DNA of 64,000 nucleotides from Tubulanus polymorphus (taxonomy: Eukaryota > Animalia > Nemertea). The position numbers and the translations under genes are program-made. The notes under the pieces are model-generated. The model made no database searches. It saw nothing but the letters and a program-made list of their open reading frames with translations, and was not told the DNA's origin. The stretch's first letter is position 1, and every line of letters begins with the position of its first letter. The stretch covers positions 62,001 to 126,000 of the forward strand of contig NW_027437435.1 in NCBI RefSeq assembly GCF_964204645.1, given 5' to 3'. Positions 26,301 through 34,500 of the stretch are shown piece after piece.

Positions 26301-27469
26301 TCGGTCCACTTCCGGAGGGACCAACTGGTGAGAAGCATATCTTATTAGTCGTAGATAGTTTCTCTAGGTGGCCCGAAGCCTTTGCGCTTAAAACTCAGGA
26401 AGCTTCAGAAGTAGCCAAAGTTTTGTACGATCAGATATTCGCTCGATACGGTGCACCAGGTGCATTAGTTTCAGATCGAGGTGCAAACTTTCTATCCAAA
26501 CTGGTAACAGCAGTTTGTGAGCTGTTCCAAGTCACACGTACTCGTACATCAGCTTACCATCCTCAAACAAATTCTACCTGTGAACGGACCAATAGAACCA
26601 TCGCTCAGATGTTCCGCACTTACGTCAAAGAAGATCAAACAGATTGGCCCGACGTGTTGTCGAGTGTTCTTATGGGTCTTAGGTCGTCAGCTAGCCAATC
26701 GACGGGATTTTCCCCCTTTCAGGTGTTATTTGGCAAAGAAATGAACCTACCTATTGATACCTCATTAATACCCAAGGATAACCTCCCTACCACGGTCACG
26801 GACCATATAAATCAATTGAAAGATCGCTTGTCTATTGTTAAGGATATAGCTAAATCCCAAAATGAGACCGCACAATTACGAAACAAAAACTTACATGATA
26901 AGAAATCAGCCACACCTACGTTTAAATTACATGATAAAGTATTGCTTAAGAATAATAAAGTGGGGAGAGGTAAATCCAAGAAATTTACTACGAAATATAA
27001 AGGGCCATACTATATTTCTCAGTATGGTAAGAATTTCACGTATCAATTGCGCTCTTGCGAAGATGATGCACCTTATAAGTCGCCACTTAATGCATCACTG
27101 CTGAAACCATATGTTGATAGTGGAAAATTTCCGCATTTGCGAAAAACCGCAGCGGATGGGGATAAGCCACAAACCGATAATACCAATAGTATCCCTGCAC
27201 CTAGCAGCAACAAAGTTCAGGCCAGGCCCAACACTAATGTCACTGCGAAAGATGGCAAAATGTACAAAATTGACAAAATATTAGGCACGAAATTCAAAAA
27301 TAATGTAAGAGTATTCAAAGTTCAATGGTCAGACAAAAACTCAACAAACTCATGGGTCAATGAGGACGATGTCACTCAACTCGCAATCGACAAATATTTT
27401 GAAACCCACACCAGAAAAGGCACAGGCCGAAAAAGAAAAAGACAATCAGTTTTCAAATCGCGGCGCTAG
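23327..27469 (+). CDS. pol: Pol polyprotein: aspartic protease, RT, RNase H, integrase, chromodomain; same frame as gag (first ATG 23357)
   Basis: LLDTGAG (PR), LPFGLKNSP and YVDDIL (RT), TDASD (RH), H..GGGH..CMLC zinc finger, WHMDFLGP/LVSDRG/CERTN (DDE), GPY motif, and YKIDKILG..FKVQW..NSWVNEDDV (chromodomain). No stops in 1370 aa. Confidence 0.97.
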   Translation, partial: GCEPVQENPTMDGHPKVEVAFLATLEKNVATVFVSGHRINALLDTGAGISCISLSCLNKTKFANETLSPPEIKEVVGVSGSILSVLGTVNLPLIFPGIKTPVEQKFHVFQHLHQPLLLGLDFITEKQVIIDIPNKVFSMTSVEDKVLSMEIHTKFARTIKPIKLKAKSELQIPVKVSKTLDKQTVLLSPIQELVAMNYTGARCLVTVNNGRAVMRLLNPTKSVIKIPKGQSIAYISDVEESSIMSLDAEETVSVNNINDETPDYDTSEAMKFPPTGHTPKVEDLQFDLSNSDLNNEQKELLLAFLHRNRDRFSSNLNELGHTSIYEHTIDTGDSPPVCQRPYRCNGIIREEQDRQIDEMLKADVITTSNSPFNSPVVMVKKKSGEYRFAVDYRKLNAITKSVSYPLPRIADVVDSVAESKAKLFTTLDMTSGFWQIKLDPATMHKSTFVTQNGAYMFKRLPFGLKNSPMAFQMTMNEVLRGYHWKFCLVYVDDILVYSRDFTEHLQHLQLVFNRLRQANMTLKPSKCHFAQSSAPYLGYIFTKDGVKADPSKCQAVQTFPVPRNVKELRSFLGLCNFYRRFVWNYSHIATKLTPLLQKESKFIWTDEHQEAFLQLKECLLSPPILAYPDNDKEYLLCTDASDTAVGYILAQRDDNGRERVICYGGRALSAQQRRWDTREKEGLAIVLGVDAYREYLAPKKFTIYTDHQSLTILDNAKDMTTKVARWATKLQNYEFDIIHRQGKKNDNADSLSRREYPTVIDTSEHDDFPAPIDVVSPGVHELFADLFQKDTGESPPAGNHTSYGWRQAEFQYDTKGCETESTRDDMEAEVPVCVVDDLDIATTQRSCSDCSPIIQYLEHDILPQDRKLAIKVQWSSQCFHMYKGALYRSYQRNQSPRGLPSVTQLVVPLSLRPDVLFAYHDCRAGGGHVGIQKVYDAMRQKYYWKNMYRDITQYVSSCMLCQKAKAPTHQKSPPLTNMPITDTFARWHMDFLGPLPEGPTGEKHILLVVDSFSRWPEAFALKTQEASEVAKVLYDQIFARYGAPGALVSDRGANFLSKLVTAVCELFQVTRTRTSAYHPQTNSTCERTNRTIAQMFRTYVKEDQTDWPDVLSSVLMGLRSSASQSTGFSPFQVLFGKEMNLPIDTSLIPKDNLPTTVTDHINQLKDRLSIVKDIAKSQNETAQLRNKNLHDKKSATPTFKLHDKVLLKNNKVGRGKSKKFTTKYKGPYYISQYGKNFTYQLRSCEDDAPYKSPLNASLLKPYVDSGKFPHLRKTAADGDKPQTDNTNSIPAPSSNKVQARPNTNVTAKDGKMYKIDKILGTKFKNNVRVFKVQWSDKNSTNSWVNEDDVTQLAIDKYFETHTRKGTGRKRKRQSVFKSRR

Positions 27470-27574
27470 GTGTCATTCGAGCATCTTTGTTGCAACATTG
27501 CAATCGCCTCATTTCAACTCCGCTTGGGAGCAATTTAGATCAGAACTTAATTTTATGTTGAAAGTTTCTGTGCT

Positions 27575-30097
27575 ATGGGTCACCGGCCGGGACCTCTTTT
27601 ACTTATCAATACTAAATTTTGGCCTCTCTTCTTCTTTTCTCCTGTAGGCGAATCTTCTCAAGTTGGGCACTGCCTCATAATAGTTGCTTTGTTAACGGTG
27701 TTTTCATTAATACCCGCAGCCGCCGCTTTGAATCAGCCCATCAATTATGGTGTAACTTTCGGAAAAGTGGGCACAGTAAGTCAGTCCAACGAATATTGGC
27801 TACATACATTCTGTATTGTATTGCCTCGAGAAATGAACATGGCCCAATTCGGCGATTGCCACGACCAGAGTCCTATATGCGTATTGCGACGCAAGACAGC
27901 TATTCACCTAAACGAGTTACAAACGCGACTAAATACTCATGTCCGCTACGTTAACCAGTATGTTCACGATTTAATTCCGGAACACGTCAGCTTAAATAAA
28001 TCTAGAAGTCGCCGCGGAGCCCCTTTAGGCTTCATTGGCAGTCTTTCAAAAACTCTATTTGGTACCGCGACAATGGATGACGTGGAACTTTTAGCCTCGC
28101 ATATCAATGCTTTGCAGCAACGTTCGTCAGAATTAGCTACTGCTTTAACGCAGCATGGCGATCATTTGTCCTCATATACGAGGAACATGCTTAAAAGAAC
28201 TGATAAGGCGTTCAAGGGTATAAAGGCGAACCATAGAGCGATATCGGATTTATATACGCAATTTCAAGCAACCACCAATGATATTTTAGCAGCTTCAGCT
28301 AGCATTGACAAAATTTACGCGACTTACGCGGAAACTAGCTTAGAAGCAGAACTGCACTTATCTGAGTTTAAAGCGTCGGTAGCTCAATTATTACGTGGGA
28401 AATTATCACCAAGTCTCATTCCTATCCAGGTCCTACAAGACGCCATGAACCAGATAAGCGCAGTTCTTATTACGAAACATCATAATTTCAAATTAGTCAA
28501 AGTAGCACCCACATTTTATTATGACCATGGAAGGCTTTTGATGTCTAGGAAAGGACCAGAAATATTTGTTTCGGTTAAGTTTTTAATTACGCCCTTAGCG
28601 GCTCCACTTCATATGTTTCGGGTGAATTCATTCCCTATGCCTGTCCATGACACTTCGAAGCACTCGACCACAATTGGGAATTTACCAACGTATCTAATTG
28701 TATCAGCGGATGCTCAGTATTATTCAGCTTTTACAGTATCTGACGTGGCCGAATGTCGGCATTATTATAAGCATTGGCTTTGCCCATTTAATCAAGCCTT
28801 GTCGACGGCATCTAGTAAATCTTGTATACTTGCTTTATACTTAGGAGATAAAGATAATATTATAAAGTTTTGCGATTTTAGAGTCAATCTGGATTCAGTA
28901 CGTTCGAAAATTGTCGAATTGGAACCATCCACTTTAGTTTTGTATAACGTACCAAGAATTGCTTTGAAATGTGGCCTTTCGGAAAAGTACGTCGAGGGTT
29001 GTTCCTTTTGTATTAAACACATTCCTTGTTTCTGTCAAGTCAGCGCACCCGGTTTAAAATTAAGTCCGCGTTTAAATTCATGTAGTCAGGGTAAGAATAT
29101 TACGACAATTCACCCAGTAAATCTGGCCGTTATACAGTCATTTTTTGATATATCTACGCATGAAGCTATTTCTAGTGGGTTAGTCTTAGAAAGACCAGTT
29201 AAAGTGATACCACCTTCGTTTGATATCTATAATCATTCCATGAACAGTCTTATTGCGGATGACGAGAAGCATAGTTTAAGTTTGAAGCGCGTAACTTCTG
29301 CAATTAAAAATGATAGTCGTATATTTAGAACTCTTTCTGAATCTGTAATGGCAGGAGAAGTAGCCATTAACGAGTCATGGCCCAGCAACAGGGACTTAGT
29401 TTCGTTACTGGCCCTTATTTTAGCGAGTACCTTGTTAGCTTTAATAATTATTCAGCAGTACCGTATCACTAAGTTAGCGGGTCTAGTTGCAATTTTACAA
29501 AATATTCACTCTGCTTCAGCAGCTACTATACCACCGGAATTTCGTTACGTGGGTCCTACCTTGGCAACCAAGACTGGGCCACTCGGATGGGAACCTCTTA
29601 TTAGCTACATAACGTCATCTCTTGTCGGAACCTTTACGTTATTAGGCATTTGCACCTTAATCTATTTATTGTATCGACGCTTCCGCTTTACTCCTCATTC
29701 TACTTTAGTCATTGAGCTCTCTGATTCTGTTAGTTGCGTGCAAATTCCCTTAATGAATTTTCAATTGTGCCCAGTGCATTTGTTGGTTTCGATACCTAGT
29801 AAAGTTGATGATGTAGATGTTGAAGGTCACTGCTTTCCCAAATTGATAGGAAAATGGGACAATTTTAGAGTAACCAATAGGTTAAGTCAACAATCTTGGC
29901 TAGTACCGACTTCTGTTAACTTATCGCTGGCACAAGCAAGGGCAGCACGATGTGCATTAAACTGTCCCTTGTCATTTACCATACATTTTGCTTTAGTTCA
30001 CCATGATCGATTTTATATTTTGGAGAGCCCAGCTATAGCGCCAGGTCCGCGTGTTACTTCCAATCATGGACAACTACTCCCTATTACCAACGAATAA
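27575..30097 (+). CDS. env: Env-like class I fusion glycoprotein (baculovirus F / errantivirus Env type); true N-terminus probably supplied by splicing
   Basis: Signal-like LIIVALLTVFSLIPAAAA, furin site RSRR followed by fusion peptide GAPLGFIGSLSKTLFGTATMDDV, heptad region, Cys-rich ectodomain and C-terminal hydrophobic helices. Confidence 0.9.
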   Translation: MGHRPGPLLLINTKFWPLFFFSPVGESSQVGHCLIIVALLTVFSLIPAAAALNQPINYGVTFGKVGTVSQSNEYWLHTFCIVLPREMNMAQFGDCHDQSPICVLRRKTAIHLNELQTRLNTHVRYVNQYVHDLIPEHVSLNKSRSRRGAPLGFIGSLSKTLFGTATMDDVELLASHINALQQRSSELATALTQHGDHLSSYTRNMLKRTDKAFKGIKANHRAISDLYTQFQATTNDILAASASIDKIYATYAETSLEAELHLSEFKASVAQLLRGKLSPSLIPIQVLQDAMNQISAVLITKHHNFKLVKVAPTFYYDHGRLLMSRKGPEIFVSVKFLITPLAAPLHMFRVNSFPMPVHDTSKHSTTIGNLPTYLIVSADAQYYSAFTVSDVAECRHYYKHWLCPFNQALSTASSKSCILALYLGDKDNIIKFCDFRVNLDSVRSKIVELEPSTLVLYNVPRIALKCGLSEKYVEGCSFCIKHIPCFCQVSAPGLKLSPRLNSCSQGKNITTIHPVNLAVIQSFFDISTHEAISSGLVLERPVKVIPPSFDIYNHSMNSLIADDEKHSLSLKRVTSAIKNDSRIFRTLSESVMAGEVAINESWPSNRDLVSLLALILASTLLALIIIQQYRITKLAGLVAILQNIHSASAATIPPEFRYVGPTLATKTGPLGWEPLISYITSSLVGTFTLLGICTLIYLLYRRFRFTPHSTLVIELSDSVSCVQIPLMNFQLCPVHLLVSIPSKVDDVDVEGHCFPKLIGKWDNFRVTNRLSQQSWLVPTSVNLSLAQARAARCALNCPLSFTIHFALVHHDRFYILESPAIAPGPRVTSNHGQLLPITNE
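27608..27648 (+). promoter_or_regulatory. Splice acceptor for env subgenomic mRNA
   Basis: Branch-like TACTAAA (27610), pyrimidine tract CCTCTCTTCTTCTTTTCTCCT and TAG|G at 27645-27648, just ahead of the signal peptide. Confidence 0.8.
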
Positions 30098-30368
30098 TTC
30101 GTTGTTTTCCTTTTTATATGCTACGATTTTGTACATTATGAATATTATGTAACTTTAAGATATCGTACATTAAAAAAGTACGTTTTAAATGTATGTAACT
30201 TTTGCATGTTTACGAATGTTGTGTAACTATAAACTATCACGGAACATTATACATGTATGTAACTATATTTCTTTATATTTGATTGTATCACCAACTATAT
30301 TTGTGTAGGTAATTACGTTTTGCTGGTATTATTTTATATCTCTTACCCATAAGGTAGGGTTTCATTTT

Positions 30369-30405
30369 GCTTTTGAGGACAAAAGCCAACCATAGTGTGT
30401 GAGGA
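30369..30405 (+). promoter_or_regulatory. Pre-LTR hairpin (GCTTTTG-AGGA-CAAAAGC) and atypical polypurine-tract position (AGTGTGTGAGGA)
   Basis: A 7-bp stem containing TTGAGGACAA lies 19 nt upstream of the 3' LTR. The tract abutting the LTR is only partly purine. Confidence 0.55.
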
Positions 30406-31521
30406 TTTAGCAACACTAATCTGACAGCTAAGCTCTAAAATAGATATTGAAAAATGGGTATCAAAATAATCGACAGAATCTTGCGATTCTGAATTTTGTA
30501 TTTATATTCAAGTATTATAAGTTTTATAAATCAATATGTTTGTGTTTTTTTTTTATTAACTAAAATATTGTCTGAACCTATTGGAGTATTAACATGTTCA
30601 TGCAAGCTGTTACCTTCCTGGCAGGTATGACCAGTCAAGGGTATCGCAAACAAGCGAACTTGTCATTTCTTGAGATCGACAATCTGTCGTTCTGAGTAAT
30701 TATTTATAATTTATAACAATGTGTAATTAACAAGTTTGTACCAACAATTAGCAGGTTTGGCATTGGTTACCACCAACAAGGGTGATCCAAACCTTAGTTA
30801 CCGTGGGCAAAGTCACGGAACAGACCAATCAGGGTTATGGTATTTTTGAGGTATAAATAGTGGACGAAGGGCAGCTGAGGTCACTTTATGATGAACCTCG
30901 CTTTAAGGAATAAATCTGTGTATATTTTAATCGTCTGCTCTTCGTCAAATTACAGGTATGTGTAATAAGTTTTATAATATTTTATTAAGTCATATTCTAT
31001 GGAAATATTGACTAGGCCTAGGATGTACTTTATTTAATAATATTACTTATTAAGTATGGCCGAATACATGGTGTTTTAATATAATAGTTGAAATAATATT
31101 AATCAATTATACTAGAGCAATAGTATGTGTTTAAATAGGTTAGATGTTCTTGAGCAGTTATGTTCTATTTTAATTAACTTGGCCGCCATTTTTGGCAAGT
31201 AATCAATGAGAATTACGGCCAGAATATGCTCGATATCAGAGAACATTAGTTTCGTATTTAAGTATTATGAAATAAGTCGACAGTATACTAATCATTAAGA
31301 TAAACACGTTTTATATTTAATCTGTATCATTTATACTCATATATCATCACATATCTATTAATGTAGCACTTTATGATGAACCTCGCTTTAAGGAATAAAT
31401 CTGTGTATATTTTAATCGTCTGCTCTTCGTCAAATTACAGGGTCTTGCGTTTGTAGTTGTCTTAGCTGGAACTACCGAAAGTTACTGAGGAATACATCTA
31501 TCCAAACTTTCTATTATTAAA
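30406..31521 (+). repeat. 3' LTR (1116 bp)
   Basis: Direct repeat of 20891-22014, ending TATTAAA before the AAAA duplication. Confidence 0.96.
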
Positions 31522-34500
31522 AAAAGACGTTTTCGTATCGAATATTCCCCCTATCGGTAAAACGACAATGTCGATGCGTAAAAGCGCTCAAATCGTCAGG
31601 AAAAGCACTTTTCGACGCGAAAACGTAGTTCAGCGCGAGAAAAGACGTTTTCTTATCGAATATTCCCCCTATCGGAAAAACGACAATGTCGATGCGTAAA
31701 AGCGCTCAAATCGTCAGGAAAAGCACTTTTCGACGCGAAAACGTCGTTCAGCGGGAGAAAAGACGTTTTCGTATCGAATATTCTCACTATCGGTAAAACG
31801 ACAATGTCGATGCGTAAAAGCGCTCAAATCGTCAGGAAAAGCACTTTTCGACGCGAAAACGTAGTTCAGCGCGAGAAAAGACGTTTTCGTATCGAATATT
31901 CGCCCTATCGTAAAAACGACAATGCCGATGCGTAAAAGCGCTCAAATCGTCAGGAAAAGCACTTTTCGATGCGAAAACGTCGTTCAGCGCGAGAAAAGAC
32001 CTTTTCGTATCGAATATTCCCCCTATCGGAAAAACGACAATGTCGATGCGTAAAAGCGCTCAAATCGTCAGGAAAAGCACTTTTCGACGCGAAAACGTCG
32101 CTCAGCGCGAGAAAAGACGTTTTCGTATGGAATATTCGCCCTATCGTAAAAACGACAATGCCGATGCGTAAAATCGCTCAAATCGTCAGGAAAAGCACTT
32201 TTCGACGCGAAAACGTCGTTCAGCGCGAGAAAAGACCTTTTCGTATCGAATATTCCCCCTATCGGAAAAACGACAATGTCGATGCGTAAAAGCGCTCAAA
32301 TCGTAAGGAAAAGCACTTTTCGACCCGAAAACGTAGTTCAGCGCGAGAAAAGTCGTTTTCGTATCGAATATTCTCACTATCGGTAAAACGACAATGTCGA
32401 TGCGTAAAAGCGCTCAAATCGTCAGGAAAAGCACTTTTCGACGCGAAAACGTAGTTCAGCGCGAGAAAAGACGTTTTCTTATCGAATATTCCCCCTATCG
32501 GAAAAACGACAATGTCGATGCGTAAAAGCGCTCAAATCGTCAGGAAAAGCACTTTTCGACGCGAAAACGTCGCTCAGCGCGAGAAAAGACGTTTTCGTAT
32601 CGAATATTCGCCCTATCGTAAAAACGACAATGCCGATGCGTAAAAGCGCTCAAATCGTCAGGAAAAGCACTTTTCGACGCGAAAACGTCGTTCAGCACGA
32701 GAAAAGACGTTTTCTTATCGTATATTCCCCCTATCGGAAAAACAACAATGTCGATGCGTAAAAGCGCTCAAATCATAAGGAAAAGCACTTTTCGACGTGA
32801 AAACGTCGCTCAGCGCGAGAAAAGACGTTTTCGTATCGAATATTCCCCCTATCGGAAAAACGACAATGTCGATGCGTAAAAGCGCTCAAATCGTCAGGAA
32901 AAGCACTTTTCGACGCGAAAACGTCGTTCAGCGCGAGAAAAGACGTTTTCGTATTGAATATTCTCCCTATCGGAAAAACGACAATGTCGATGCGTAAAAG
33001 CGCTCAAATCGTCAGGAAAAGCACTTTTCGACGCGAAAACGTAGTTCAGCGCGAGAAAAGACGTTTTCTTATCGAATATTCCCCCTATCGGAAAAACGAC
33101 AATGTCGATGCGTAAAAGCGCTCAAATCGTCAGGAAAAGCACTTTTCGACGCGAAAACGTCGCTCAGCGCGAGAAAAGACGTTTTCGTATCGAATATTCG
33201 CCCTATCGTAAAAACGACAATGCCGATGCGTAAAAGCGCTCAAATCGTCAGGAAAAGCACTTTTCGACCCGAAAACGTCGCTCAGCGCGAGAAAAGACGT
33301 TTTCGTATCGAATATTCCCCCTATCGGAAAAACGACAATGTCGATGCGTAAAAGCGCTCAAATCGTAAGGAAAAGCACTTTTCGACCCGAAAACGTAGTT
33401 CAGCGCGAGAAAAGTCGTTTTCGTATCGAATATTCTCACTATCGGTAAAACGACAATGTCGATGCGTAAAAGCGCTCAAATCGTCAGGAAAAGCACTTTT
33501 CGACGCGAAAACGTCGTTCAGCGCGAGAAAAGACGTTTTCGTGTCGAATATTCTCCCTATCGGTAAAACGACAATGTCGATGCGTAAAAGCGCTCAAATC
33601 GTCAGGAAAAGCACTTTTCGACGCGAAAACGTAGTTCAGCGCGAGAAAAGACGTTTTCTTATCGAATATTCCCCCTATCGGAAAAACGACAATGTCGATG
33701 CGTAAAAGCGCTCAAATCGTCAGGAAAAGCACTTTTCGACGCGAAAACGTAGTTCAGCGCGAGAAAAGACGTTTTCTTATCGAATATTCCCCCTATCGGA
33801 AAAACGACAATGTCGATGCGTAAAAGCGCTCAAATCGTCAGGAAAAGCACTTTTCGACGCGAAAACGTCGTTCAGCGCGAGAAAAGACGTTTTCGTGTCG
33901 AATATTCTCCCTATCGGTAAAACGACAATGTCGATGCGTAAAAGCGCTCAAATCGTCAGGAAAAGCACTTTTCGACGCGAAAACGTCGCTCAGCGCGAGA
34001 AAAGACGTTTTCGTATCGAATATTCCCCCTATCGGAAAAACGACAATGTCGATGCGTAAAAGCGCTCAAATCGTCAGGAAAAGCACTTTTCGACCCGAAA
34101 ACGTCGTTCAGCGCGAGAAAAGTCGTTTTCGTATCGAATATTCTCACTATCGGTAAAACGACAATGTCGATGTGTAAAAGCGCTCAAATCGTCAGGAAAA
34201 GCACTTTTCGACGGGAAAACGTCGTTCAGCGCGAGAAAAGACGTTTTCTTATCGAATATTCCCCCTATCGGAAAAACGACAATGTCGATGCGTAAAAGCG
34301 CTCAAATCGTCAGGAAAAGCACTTTTCGACGCGAAAACGTCGTTCAGCGCGAGAAAAGACGTTTTCGTGTCGAATATTCTCCCTATCGGTAAAACGACAA
34401 TGTCGATGCGTAAAAGCGCTCAAATCGTCAGGAAAAGCACTTTTCGACGCGAAAACGTAGTTCAGCGCGAGAAAAGACGTTTTCTTATCGAATATTCCCC

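Larger units (their letters stand above)
20891..31521 (+). mobile_element. Full-length env-containing Ty3/Gypsy LTR retrotransposon (errantivirus-like architecture) with integrase chromodomain
   Basis: Two near-identical LTRs, PBS, gag, pol in PR-RT-RH-IN order and a third env-like ORF. The satellite resumes in register with a 4-bp AAAA duplication (20887-20890 and 31522-31525). Confidence 0.97.

Noticed and set aside
26517-29022. Short ORFs overlapping pol and env (26517, 26862, 27360, 27619, 28792)
   Set aside because: Shadow frames of long genes with no motifs.
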